Shown here in pieces: positions 10,750 to 20,046 of a stretch of 64,000 bases of DNA. The translations under genes were made by a program, and so were the position numbers. Within the stretch, counting starts at the first letter, position 1; the number at the start of each line of letters is the position of its first letter. This DNA comes from Bacteroidales bacterium (GTDB lineage Bacteria > Bacteroidota > Bacteroidia > Bacteroidales > VadinHA17): assembly GCA_034521735.1 (NCBI GenBank), contig JAXHLX010000021.1:24714-88713 (forward strand), in the 5' to 3' direction. The notes beneath the pieces are model-generated. The model saw only the letters and a list, made by a program, of their open reading frames with translations, was not told the DNA's origin and ran no database searches.

Positions 10750-11184
10750 ATGAATAAGACAATATTAATTTTTATCAGCTTTTTACTGTCGGCTTTCTCT
10801 CTGAATGCCCAGGATCAGCAGGAGATGGTTAGTGATTGTGCACTCAGCATAGGAGGAAACACCACTTACCTGAAAGATTATGTGATTAAACTGCCGGAAG
10901 CCACAGATCCTGATAATATTCCCGTATATAAAGAGAATATTTACCTGATGAAGAAACAGACATATCTGTTCACCCAGTGCAACGCTGAGAGTTCCGGTGG
11001 CGAGCTGCTTATCCACTTATATGATAAGCAAAAAATTATTACAGGCTCACTGAATGAGAAAAACGGTAAAGTATATTCATCTGTTGAGTTTTCCTGTAAC
11101 AAAACAGGCCTCTATACCCTCTGGTATTCATTTAAAGAAGGAGAGAAAGGAATGGGAGTTGGTATTGTCTCACTTGTTAAATAA
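10750..11184 (+). CDS. hypothetical secreted protein (144 aa)
   Basis: Signal peptide MNKTILIFISFLLSAFSLNAQ. Starts 9 nt after the previous gene. Confidence 0.7.
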   Translation: MNKTILIFISFLLSAFSLNAQDQQEMVSDCALSIGGNTTYLKDYVIKLPEATDPDNIPVYKENIYLMKKQTYLFTQCNAESSGGELLIHLYDKQKIITGSLNEKNGKVYSSVEFSCNKTGLYTLWYSFKEGEKGMGVGIVSLVK

Positions 11185-11239
11185 TCCGCCGGTCAGAATC
11201 TGTAATTCCGCTCCATCATAAGGCCTGAAATTATTTCCT

Positions 11240-12238
11240 TTATTTTATTAATATACCGCTTAGCTGCAGAAATAACACCGACAGGAAAATAACAGCAAAT
11301 ATATAGTTTGCTATCTTTTTCTTTTTCATCATAACAAGGTAATGTGTCAGAATATATGTCAGGGGAATAATAAAAATATACATCATCTCAACCGAGATGG
11401 CAGGTATAATAAAATAGATAGCTGCAGTAAGTAAAAGCATCCAGGTAAAAAGTGAAAATATCTTTCTTGATCTAATCTTTTTTGTGTTGAATAAAGACCA
11501 TAGATGAAGCAGGGCGACGATAAAAATCAGGAGGTTGACAGAGGAAACAATGATAAACTCAGGCGACCAGTGGTAATCAGCAACATCAGTCATTATGCTG
11601 TCAATAAAAAAACGGTTGAGCCCCGGTATATCGCGCCCGGTCAGATAGTAAACGGAATAAAGGATGATTACCGGTGTAAGAAGGCCTGCCAGGGCAATAA
11701 ATATCTCCCGCAGGTTAAAAGAACGAAACAGGGTAATGCCGATTATTATAAGCAGGAAGAACCATATCATATTGGTGTATAACAGGGCAGCAACACCAAT
11801 AAGCAATGAAGCATCAAAAAGGTTATAGGCTATTCCCGGTTTCCTGTATGACACTACCAGCCTGTCAAAGGATAATAAAAGCAGCAGTGATGCCGGCAGA
11901 ACAGGGTTCAATACCTGGTTGGTGCTGATATATCCGCTCAAAAGGACATACAGGGAAGCCGGCAGAAAAGTCCTCTCATTAATAAAGAAAAGTCGTGTGT
12001 TAAAATTTACCAGGTAGATACTTATTATCATCACCATTATCATTGAGAAGATCGTGCCTGCCAGTGGCCTGCCCTCAAAAAGACTCAACAGCAGTGAATA
12101 TAAAGGGGCAGGGTTGTTATCATGGTACATAGCCGGAGCAGAAGGATTGATCATTGACTGCAGCCATACCAGCACCAGGCTTATTAAAATTACCAGGATT
12201 GTTCCCGGACCTATTCCCCTGTAAATCTTCAACAGCAT
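11240..12238 (-). CDS. hypothetical multi-pass membrane protein (332 aa)
   Basis: About 9 hydrophobic segments. Ends 6 nt upstream of it is purD on the same strand. Confidence 0.75.
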   Translation of the reverse strand: MLLKIYRGIGPGTILVILISLVLVWLQSMINPSAPAMYHDNNPAPLYSLLLSLFEGRPLAGTIFSMIMVMIISIYLVNFNTRLFFINERTFLPASLYVLLSGYISTNQVLNPVLPASLLLLLSFDRLVVSYRKPGIAYNLFDASLLIGVAALLYTNMIWFFLLIIIGITLFRSFNLREIFIALAGLLTPVIILYSVYYLTGRDIPGLNRFFIDSIMTDVADYHWSPEFIIVSSVNLLIFIVALLHLWSLFNTKKIRSRKIFSLFTWMLLLTAAIYFIIPAISVEMMYIFIIPLTYILTHYLVMMKKKKIANYIFAVIFLSVLFLQLSGILIK

Positions 12239-12244
12239 ATTTTC

Positions 12245-13513
12245 CTATAAATCAAATCCAATATCTTTCCTGAAATATTTCCCTTTAAAATCGATTATTT
12301 CCGCATTGGCATATGATTTGCCAAGCGCCTCCCTCATATCCTGTCCATAAGAACTGATGGCCATAACACGCCCGCCGGCAGTCAACAGCCTGTCGCCCTC
12401 AGCCCTTGTCCCTGCCTGAAATATAATGCTCCCCGCGGTCTTATCCATATTCCTTATCTCCATTCCCTTTTCATATGCACCCGGATAACCTCCCGACACA
12501 AGCATTACCGTTGCTACCGTATCATCAGATATCAGCAATTCCCTGCTTTTCAGATCGCCTTCAGTTACACCCAGCAGCAATTCCACCAGGTCACTTTTTA
12601 TCCTCGGTATCACAACCTCTGCCTCAGGATCGCCCATACGTACATTATACTCAATAACATATGGATCACCGCCCACATTCATAAGACCAAAAAAGACAAA
12701 TCCCCTGTACTTTATACCTTCCCTCTTAAGCCCTGCCATAGTAGGCTTAATGATCCTGTCTTCCACCTTCCTCATAAAAGTCTCACCGGCAAAAGGCACC
12801 GGCGAAACGGCCCCCATCCCCCCTGTATTTAGTCCGGTATCCTTTTCTCCTATCCTCTTATAATCCTTTGCTTCAGGCAGTATCTTATAATCATTCCCGT
12901 CTGTCAGTATAAATGCCGACAATTCTATTCCCTCAAGAAACTCCTCTATCACAACAGTGCTTCCTGCATCCCCGAATTTACCCGAAAACATATTTTTCAG
13001 TTCAGCCACCGCTTCATCGTAATCATCCAGTATAAGCACTCCCTTACCTGCAGCCAGACCGTCAGCCTTCAACACATAAGGTTTCTTCATCTTTTTCAGG
13101 AATTCACATGCTTCCTTAAACTCATCCCCGCTGAAGCTACTGTAGGCAGCAGTCGGAATATCATTATCCATCATAAACCTCTTGGCAAAATCCTTGCTGC
13201 CCTCCAGCATGGCAGCCTTCCTTTCCGGTCCTACCACAGCAATATGCCTGTATTTTTCGCTGCCAAGGAAAAAGTCATGTATCCCCTGCACAAGCGGCAC
13301 CTCCGGGCCTACAATAACCATGCTCACATTATTGCTAAGCGCAAAATCAGCCACCGAGGCAAAATCAGCTGTATCCAGACTGACATTTATACCTTCCTTT
13401 GCTGTTCCGGCATTACCGGGTGCAATAAATACTTTATTAACCTTATCGCTTTGTGAGATCTTCCATGCAAGGGCATGCTCCCTTCCACCCGAACCAAGAA
13501 TCAGAATATTCAT
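12245..13513 (-). CDS. purD: phosphoribosylamine--glycine ligase
   Basis: MNILILGSGGREHALAWK N-terminus, an ATP-grasp core, and 422 aa collinear with PurD. Confidence 0.92.
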   Translation of the reverse strand: MNILILGSGGREHALAWKISQSDKVNKVFIAPGNAGTAKEGINVSLDTADFASVADFALSNNVSMVIVGPEVPLVQGIHDFFLGSEKYRHIAVVGPERKAAMLEGSKDFAKRFMMDNDIPTAAYSSFSGDEFKEACEFLKKMKKPYVLKADGLAAGKGVLILDDYDEAVAELKNMFSGKFGDAGSTVVIEEFLEGIELSAFILTDGNDYKILPEAKDYKRIGEKDTGLNTGGMGAVSPVPFAGETFMRKVEDRIIKPTMAGLKREGIKYRGFVFFGLMNVGGDPYVIEYNVRMGDPEAEVVIPRIKSDLVELLLGVTEGDLKSRELLISDDTVATVMLVSGGYPGAYEKGMEIRNMDKTAGSIIFQAGTRAEGDRLLTAGGRVMAISSYGQDMREALGKSYANAEIIDFKGKYFRKDIGFDL

Positions 13514-13686
13514 ATTATCCGCTTTTCAATAAAATTATAAAAATAGCATATCCATATAAGAAAAAAAAGCTCTGTCTCTTACTGCGATTACCTGATATAA
13601 ACCTAAGCACAGCTGCCAGACACACAGCAGATGGGACAAATGCCTGTTATCCAGTATAGATACCACCATAGCCACAGCCCCTGCAT

Positions 13687-14307
13687 TCAATCTGTTATAT
13701 CACCAAAGCCATATCCTTTCTGCATGCATATACCAATAAGTTTTTCAAGTACAGTAAGTGAACATCTGTCTTTTCTGTCATGCAGGACTATAACAGAACC
13801 CGGGCGGATCAGTTTTTCCGCCTTCTGCACTATATAATCCCTGCTGAGAGATAAATCGAAATCATATAGGAGCAGGTCCCAGAAAACTATCTTCACCCTG
13901 TCCTTAAGTCCCCTATACTGCGGCAGGGTAAGCCGGCCATAAGGAGGCCTGAAGAAAGATGAACCACTTAGCTCCGACCCTTTCAGGCAGTTATCGATAT
14001 AATCTTTTCTCCGGCTCTTCCACCCGTCAATATGATGATAGCCATGGTTTGCCACAGAAAAGCCATGGTCCCTTATCATCTCAATACTGCCGGGGTAATC
14101 AGGCATCTTCGAGCCCGTACAGAAAAACACGGCTTTACTGACACCAAAAGCAGAAAGAATATTTATTATCTCTTCAGTGCCCTTTTCAGTGGGCCCGTCA
14201 TCGAATGTAAGGTATACCTTTTTTTCATCACCTTCTGTCTGCCTGAATACAGCATCATTGTACAATAATCTCGCTACCCCGGGGTACCTAAAAAACCGTG
14301 GCTTCAT
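13687..14307 (-). CDS. polysaccharide deacetylase (NodB-type) family protein
   Basis: NodB motifs YLTFDDGP and HGYHH. 4-nt overlap with the upstream DUF2723 gene. Confidence 0.8.
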   Translation of the reverse strand: MKPRFFRYPGVARLLYNDAVFRQTEGDEKKVYLTFDDGPTEKGTEEIINILSAFGVSKAVFFCTGSKMPDYPGSIEMIRDHGFSVANHGYHHIDGWKSRRKDYIDNCLKGSELSGSSFFRPPYGRLTLPQYRGLKDRVKIVFWDLLLYDFDLSLSRDYIVQKAEKLIRPGSVIVLHDRKDRCSLTVLEKLIGICMQKGYGFGDITD

Positions 14308-17300
14308 GAAGGTCTCATAAATAACTCGTTATAATATCTGTCTATATCCTGTTCCATCTGTACTGACAACTCCTCTATCCCCATTCCAAGTGAGGTATTG
14401 AAAAGATTTATCAGGGCCTGCATATTCAGTCCTGTCACATAATCCAGATCATACCTCTGTAAAGGTGACAGTGTAAGCACAAAATCAAGATTTTCCTTTG
14501 CATTATTGATAATATCAGTGCCTATCTCAATAGCTTTTTCTTCTTCACCTATCCTGTAAAAGCCCCGGAAGAGGTTAAGTGAATAATAATCATGTCCCAG
14601 CTTTGAAGCCGGTATCACTTCGAGGCTCCTCTGCAGCACTTCCCCTGCTCTCAGGGTATCGCCCTCTTCAATCAGGGCCTCCGCAAGCATGCCGAACATC
14701 CTGCGGAAATTACTGAACATACGCCTGTTATTCTCATCAAGGTAAACATCAGGATCAGAAGCATTGCCCCATTTAAATTTGTTCATCACATTATCATACA
14801 TCGCCCTTGTATCAATAAAGCCTATATCCTGCGACCTGGTGCCTGTTGTATCAAGGGGTGCCACCCTGTATGCCAGTCCCTCCATCTGAAAATAATCATC
14901 GAGTCCCATATAATTGGATGGCGGAACAGTGCTGGCAAAATATATGGGCCGCTCCCACTTATTTGTGCCTATCATATCCATCACGGCAAGGTTATTCTTA
15001 TATAATTCATTACCGCTGTAGTCCCACACCACAAAATCAAGCATTCTGTCGGCCTGGTAATCTTTTACCGTTCCGTTGGATCTGACTTTTGCCGAATCAA
15101 CAGGTATCAGAAACTGGCTGGAGGGGATATAATTATAATAATCGCCCCTTCCGGAAAAATCCATCTTCCTCTGCCTTTCATCCGACCCCGCCCATTTAAC
15201 AAGCTCAATAATATCAAAGGGCCTGTTAACACGGTCTGTTACCGGCAATTGTTCCCTCTTGCCCGGTTCGTATTTTTCAGGCCCAAGAGTAAACTCCACC
15301 GGCTCTGACTCATAAGCTTCCTGTCTCATCATATTAATATACCAGCCGGCTGAAAGGTAGCTCAGGTTAGCCACCCTGACATCTGTTCTGATACCCTCAA
15401 CATCCTGTGCATACCACACCGGGAATGAGTCATTATCACCATATGTATACAGTATGGCATTCTCATCGCAACTGTTAAGATAATTACTGCCTATATCCCT
15501 TGCTGTGTACCTCCCGGAGCGGTCGTGGTCATCCCAGTTCTGGAAGGCCATAAGCAGTGGCACGGCAACAAGACAGACAGGAAAGGCTACAGCCAGCGCC
15601 AGCCTGTGTGAAAATATTTTCCTGAGATTATCCGTTAAGAAGCACAGACCAAGGCCTATCCATACTGAAAAAGCATAGAATGAGCCGGCATAGGCATAAT
15701 CCCTCTCGCGGGGCTGCAGCGGATACTGGTTAAGATATACCACTATGGCTATTCCGGTCATCACAAAAAGCACGGTAATAACCCAGAAGCCTTTACGATC
15801 TCTCTTATACTGCCATATCATGCCCAGTATTCCAAGTATCAAAGGCAGAAAGAAATAAGTATTCCTGCCCGGGTTGCTTTTTAATTCATCAGGCAGGGCT
15901 TTCTGATCGCCCAGCCTTGAGCTATCAATAAAATCAATACCACTGATCCAGTTTCCATGCATCACATTGCCGTTACCCTGTATATCGTTCTGCCTGCCGG
16001 CAAAATTCCACATAAAATACCTGCCATACATATAGCCCAGCTGGTAAGAGAAGAAAAATCTCAGGTTCTCGGCAAAGGTAGGCACAGTAAATTGCTGTCT
16101 GCCACCCGAGCTGTTAAGTGTGATCTTTTTGCCTTTTACCTGTCCCCAGTATTCATATTCGGAGCGGTGCCTGTCCTCCGGACTGTACATCCTCGGGAAT
16201 ACAGTGGTAAAACGGCTGTCAAACTCGTATTTGTTCTTCATGTAGGGCCTGTATTTATCATCCTCCTTGATATATCCCCCTCTCTCCTTCTCTACATCAA
16301 TAACCGGGGCAGAGTAATAATGGCCGGTCAGCAATGGCGTACTGCCATACTGTTCCCTGTTGATATAATATATCATCGAAAAAACATCAGAAGGATCATT
16401 CTGATTCATCGGGGGACTGGCATTTGCCCTTATCGGTATAAGTGCATATGATGAATAGCCCATCAATATAACAGCAAGAATGGTCAGGACATAATTAAGC
16501 AGTACCCTGCCCTTTCTGATGGAATACCTTATACCCCATATCAGCAGGCCTGTAAGCAGTATAATATAAAAATAAAGACCTGAATTAAAGGGAAGGCCCA
16601 GTCCGTTTACGAAAAAAAGCTCAAACCATCCTGCAACCTTTACGGTGTAGGGCAGCAGGATAAACACCAGCAGGATAAGCATGGCAAAGGCAATCAGCAA
16701 TGCCCTGATAATGCCTTTTGTGCTGACCGGGTTGGACCTGAAATAGTATACCAGCACGATGGCGGGCAATGCCAGCAGGTTAAGCAGGTGTACACCTGTT
16801 GACAGACCCATAAGGTAAGCAATAAGCACCAGCCACCGTCCTGTCAGCCTCTCATCCTTTTCATCTTCCCACTTAAGTATGGCCCAGAAAACCATTGCAG
16901 TGAAAAGTGAAGATGTTGCATATACTTCGCCCTCTGTGGCCGAGAACCAGAAAGTATCCGAGAAAGTAAAACTTAGAGCCCCTGTAAAACCTGCGGCAAT
17001 AACTGTAGCTATACCGGTAAACGAAGGGTCAGCCCTGTCGAGGAACACCTTTCGTGCCAGGTGGGTGATGGTCCAGAACAGGAACATAACAGTAAATGCG
17101 CTTGCCATTGCAGACATGAAATTAATCATCAGGGCTGCATTTGATTCATTCCCGAAACTGAACAGTGAAAAAAAGCGGCCGAGCAACAAAAAGAAAGGCG
17201 CACCGGGAGGATGGCCCACCTGCAGCTTCCATGCAGACAGTATAAACTCACCACAATCCCAGAAACTCACCGTTGGTTCAAGGGTCAGGGTATAAACCAC

Positions 17301-17369
17301 CAATGAAACAAGGAAAACCGTCCAGCCCGATATAATATTCGATCTTCTGAAAACCAGATTATAATTCAT
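14304..17369 (-). CDS. DUF2723 / GT-C-fold glycosyltransferase-like membrane protein (1021 aa)
   Basis: The N-terminus TLEPTVSFWDCGEF is the DUF2723 hallmark. About 11 TM segments and a large C-terminal soluble, TPR-like part. Confidence 0.8.
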   Translation of the reverse strand: MNYNLVFRRSNIISGWTVFLVSLVVYTLTLEPTVSFWDCGEFILSAWKLQVGHPPGAPFFLLLGRFFSLFSFGNESNAALMINFMSAMASAFTVMFLFWTITHLARKVFLDRADPSFTGIATVIAAGFTGALSFTFSDTFWFSATEGEVYATSSLFTAMVFWAILKWEDEKDERLTGRWLVLIAYLMGLSTGVHLLNLLALPAIVLVYYFRSNPVSTKGIIRALLIAFAMLILLVFILLPYTVKVAGWFELFFVNGLGLPFNSGLYFYIILLTGLLIWGIRYSIRKGRVLLNYVLTILAVILMGYSSYALIPIRANASPPMNQNDPSDVFSMIYYINREQYGSTPLLTGHYYSAPVIDVEKERGGYIKEDDKYRPYMKNKYEFDSRFTTVFPRMYSPEDRHRSEYEYWGQVKGKKITLNSSGGRQQFTVPTFAENLRFFFSYQLGYMYGRYFMWNFAGRQNDIQGNGNVMHGNWISGIDFIDSSRLGDQKALPDELKSNPGRNTYFFLPLILGILGMIWQYKRDRKGFWVITVLFVMTGIAIVVYLNQYPLQPRERDYAYAGSFYAFSVWIGLGLCFLTDNLRKIFSHRLALAVAFPVCLVAVPLLMAFQNWDDHDRSGRYTARDIGSNYLNSCDENAILYTYGDNDSFPVWYAQDVEGIRTDVRVANLSYLSAGWYINMMRQEAYESEPVEFTLGPEKYEPGKREQLPVTDRVNRPFDIIELVKWAGSDERQRKMDFSGRGDYYNYIPSSQFLIPVDSAKVRSNGTVKDYQADRMLDFVVWDYSGNELYKNNLAVMDMIGTNKWERPIYFASTVPPSNYMGLDDYFQMEGLAYRVAPLDTTGTRSQDIGFIDTRAMYDNVMNKFKWGNASDPDVYLDENNRRMFSNFRRMFGMLAEALIEEGDTLRAGEVLQRSLEVIPASKLGHDYYSLNLFRGFYRIGEEEKAIEIGTDIINNAKENLDFVLTLSPLQRYDLDYVTGLNMQALINLFNTSLGMGIEELSVQMEQDIDRYYNELFMRPS

Positions 17370-17472
17370 GTGATTATATTTTATTTATTTCATTGGCCAC
17401 ATGGAACTTACCATTAAAAAATAATCATACTCTTAATGTGAAATAATGATGATTTTTAAATGGACGTTTCAT
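17370..17472 (-). repeat. conserved leader module, copy A (abuts the ATG of the DUF2723 gene)
   Basis: Minus strand reads ATGAAACGTCCATTTAAAAATCATCATTATTTCACATTAAGAGTATGATTATTTTTTAATGGTAAGTTCCATGTGGCCAATGAAATAAATAAAATATAATCAC, then ATG. It is 100/103 identical to copy B. Confidence 0.85.
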
Positions 17473-17549
17473 AGGTTAAATCTTATTTTTGCCATTACGG
17501 GCGCTGTGCCCTTTTATAACTTCAGGATGTAAATATATTGAAAATGATA

Positions 17550-17816
17550 TTACCTGACATAATACCTCCATTCAATATCCCTCCAGAATGTGCCTGCATA
17601 ATCTATCCCAATACGCCGGCCTTTATCAATATCAACCTTACAGCCCCCGTCTTCGATCCATATCCTCTCTGAAACAGATATGTCTTCACCGTAAAATGAA
17701 CCGTCAATACCAAGATGACGGGTCAGTTTACCCGGCAATAAAGGTGCTATATCAAGCACATCAGCGGTAAAAAAATCCTCTTTTAAGCGTACTGCGGCTT
17801 TCATTTTAACAGTCAT
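17550..17816 (-). pseudogene. DNA-3-methyladenine glycosylase (Mpg/AAG family) remnant with in-frame internal deletion
   Basis: The 88-aa ORF joins the Mpg N-terminus (FFTADVLDIAPLLPGK) directly to the Mpg C-terminus (LTRHLGIDGSFYGEDI..IWIEDGG..RIGIDYAG..EWRYYV). Roughly 100 aa of catalytic core are missing. Confidence 0.65.
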
Positions 17817-19399
17817 TTTTCCGGGCGACCAAAAATAAATAAAGAGTAAAAAAGGGAAAATAATGTTATGCCCGTATGGGTTTCCATGGTGTCTTCGTTT
17901 AACATTGACAGCATAATTATAATAAAGAACACGGCAAACAGATAATCGCGGAATCCCCGCATCTTTATTACCGGATAAAATAATGCATGCATAAAAATAA
18001 TAAAACCAATAAGCCCGAATGTGATCAAAACAGTCAGGTACTGGTTATGCGAAATAAACCTGTGCTCACTGTCAAGCGCCGAGTCATCAGCTTTATATTG
18101 CTTCCTGAACTCATCTTCCAGGTCTCCCGTGCCTGTACCGAAAAGGGGATGTCTTTTAAATACCCGCCAACCGGTAAGAAAAAACTCAATCCGCTGCGTC
18201 ACACTGTGTCCCTGCGGATTACCTCCCTTGAAATAATAATCCAGCTGCCATATAAGTTCATACACCCTGTCATTGATATTTATACCGTCTTTATACCTGC
18301 TGTTTGCATAGCCTGCTTCGATTATGTCAACATCCTTCTCGCTTAAGCTGCTGACACCCAAAGAGTCTTTTTTCAGTCCCAGGGATGTCATATACCTTAT
18401 CAGAGTGTGCTTTATATCCTGTTTCTTCAGATCAACAGCATCATAATCAAGGGTACTTCTCTTATTCCATGCAGGACGCAGCTCACTCTCACAGATATAC
18501 CTCCATACATAATAACCATTCTCAAGATAGTCCTTCCCTGTATCATGAACATAAGGCCTGTTCCCGGCTGTCATGGCAGAATAGTCGGGTTGCCCGTCTT
18601 CCATGATAGTATAAAAATCCTTTACCCTATAGCCTAAGTATGTCGATAAGGCCAGCAAGAGGATAGCTGTGACAGCAATATTAATCCACTCATAATGCCT
18701 GTTCCCCGATCGCCTGGTAATACGGTAGGATGAATAAAACATAACAATTACAAAAATAATGATACCGGTATATGACATCAGCACCAGTAAGAAAAACAGG
18801 AACCACAGGGCAAACTGGACATAGACATATTTAAACCTGAAGTCAAGCTCATCATGTATAAGAGTATAATAAGATGATATAAAAAAGGAAAAGCATACCA
18901 TTAATGATAACCTTATATGAGAAATAAACAGGGAGATATCCCTCCTGTCCGGTATGCCGTCAGCAATAATAAAATAATACACTATGCCTGATACCGAAGC
19001 AACGAACACACCCAGAATGAATGAGCTCAGGATAATACGTTTTTCAAGCATACTTATTGAAGCGCTTGTGGCAACAACAAGCGGGATGGCAAGTAAGGGC
19101 AGCTTAAGTTTCAGCACCATAATCCCCATGTAAGTATCGCCGGTATTAAGCATAAAAATAATATACAGCAGGTAAATTAACAGGAATACCAGTAAGGGCT
19201 TGTTGGAGGGGAGCCATTTCAGGTGTCGCCAGCTATTTTTGTCAAGCAGCCAGTTGATTACAAGGGCTATAATAAAAGCAGAAGTCATAAATACAGATAC
19301 CGGCAGGAAAAAAGCTATCCCCGACAGAAAAAATATATACACGTATCTGTGTATTTTGTCTCCTAACATTATCCTTGCTTTTAAAAACGCAAATATCAC
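17813..19399 (-). CDS. O-antigen ligase / Wzy_C family membrane protein
   Basis: About 12 TM segments, a large periplasmic loop, and the motif RFISHNQYLTVLITFGLIGFIIF. The start could instead be the internal Met 10 codons downstream. Confidence 0.75.
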   Translation of the reverse strand: MIFAFLKARIMLGDKIHRYVYIFFLSGIAFFLPVSVFMTSAFIIALVINWLLDKNSWRHLKWLPSNKPLLVFLLIYLLYIIFMLNTGDTYMGIMVLKLKLPLLAIPLVVATSASISMLEKRIILSSFILGVFVASVSGIVYYFIIADGIPDRRDISLFISHIRLSLMVCFSFFISSYYTLIHDELDFRFKYVYVQFALWFLFFLLVLMSYTGIIIFVIVMFYSSYRITRRSGNRHYEWINIAVTAILLLALSTYLGYRVKDFYTIMEDGQPDYSAMTAGNRPYVHDTGKDYLENGYYVWRYICESELRPAWNKRSTLDYDAVDLKKQDIKHTLIRYMTSLGLKKDSLGVSSLSEKDVDIIEAGYANSRYKDGININDRVYELIWQLDYYFKGGNPQGHSVTQRIEFFLTGWRVFKRHPLFGTGTGDLEDEFRKQYKADDSALDSEHRFISHNQYLTVLITFGLIGFIIFMHALFYPVIKMRGFRDYLFAVFFIIIMLSMLNEDTMETHTGITLFSLFYSLFIFGRPEK

Positions 19400-19520
19400 A
19401 AATTTTATTATTCCCTGCCTGAAATATTAATAAAACCTCCATATTTGCAGTTTTTTGCGACATAAAGCATATGTGTCCCAATTAAATGACCTTATTATTC
19501 TTTTTTTTTAAAAAATATTG

Positions 19521-19528
19521 TACTTTTG
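19521..19528 (+). promoter_or_regulatory. -7 promoter box (TACTTTTG) for the rplM-rpsI operon
   Basis: Exact TAnnTTTG match about 60 nt upstream of rplM. Confidence 0.5.
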
Positions 19529-19587
19529 CACACCCGAAAATACAGGATATTAGGAAAATATAATAGTACAGATTAAAACAAAAGGAC

Positions 19588-20046
19588 GTGAATACCAATA
19601 GCTACAAAACGAAAGCGGCTAATAAAGCAACTGTGAATAAGGAGTGGCTCCTGGTAGATGCTGAAGGAGAAATTTTAGGACGGCTGGCATCACAGGTAGC
19701 AAAACTGATTCGTGGAAAGCATAAACCTGATTTTACACCGCATGTTGATTGCGGTGACTATGTTATCATTATTAATGCCGACAAGGTTAAGATGTCGGGT
19801 AACAAATGGGATGATAAGGAATATATCAGGCATTCAGGATACCCCGGCGGGCAAAAATCCATCGTTGCCAGGGAGCTTTTCAAGAAGCATCCTGAAAGAG
19901 TTGTTGAGAATGCAATAAGAGGCATGCTGCCGGGCAACAGGCTTGGAAGAGCTATGTTCGGGAACCTGCATGTATATACCGGTAACAAGCACGGACATGA
20001 AGCCCAGAAGCCAAGAACAATTGAATTAGATAAAATTAAATTATAA
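19588..20046 (+). CDS. rplM: 50S ribosomal protein L13
   Basis: [40 protein letters not shown] start. Confidence 0.93.
   Translation: MNTNSYKTKAANKATVNKEWLLVDAEGEILGRLASQVAKLIRGKHKPDFTPHVDCGDYVIIINADKVKMSGNKWDDKEYIRHSGYPGGQKSIVARELFKKHPERVVENAIRGMLPGNRLGRAMFGNLHVYTGNKHGHEAQKPRTIELDKIKL

Noticed and set aside
17430-17472. The 5' box ATGAAACGTC as an ECF-type promoter (GAAC ... CGTC)
   Set aside because: The two half-sites are adjacent rather than about 16-17 nt apart, and sequence upstream of the box is not conserved among copies.
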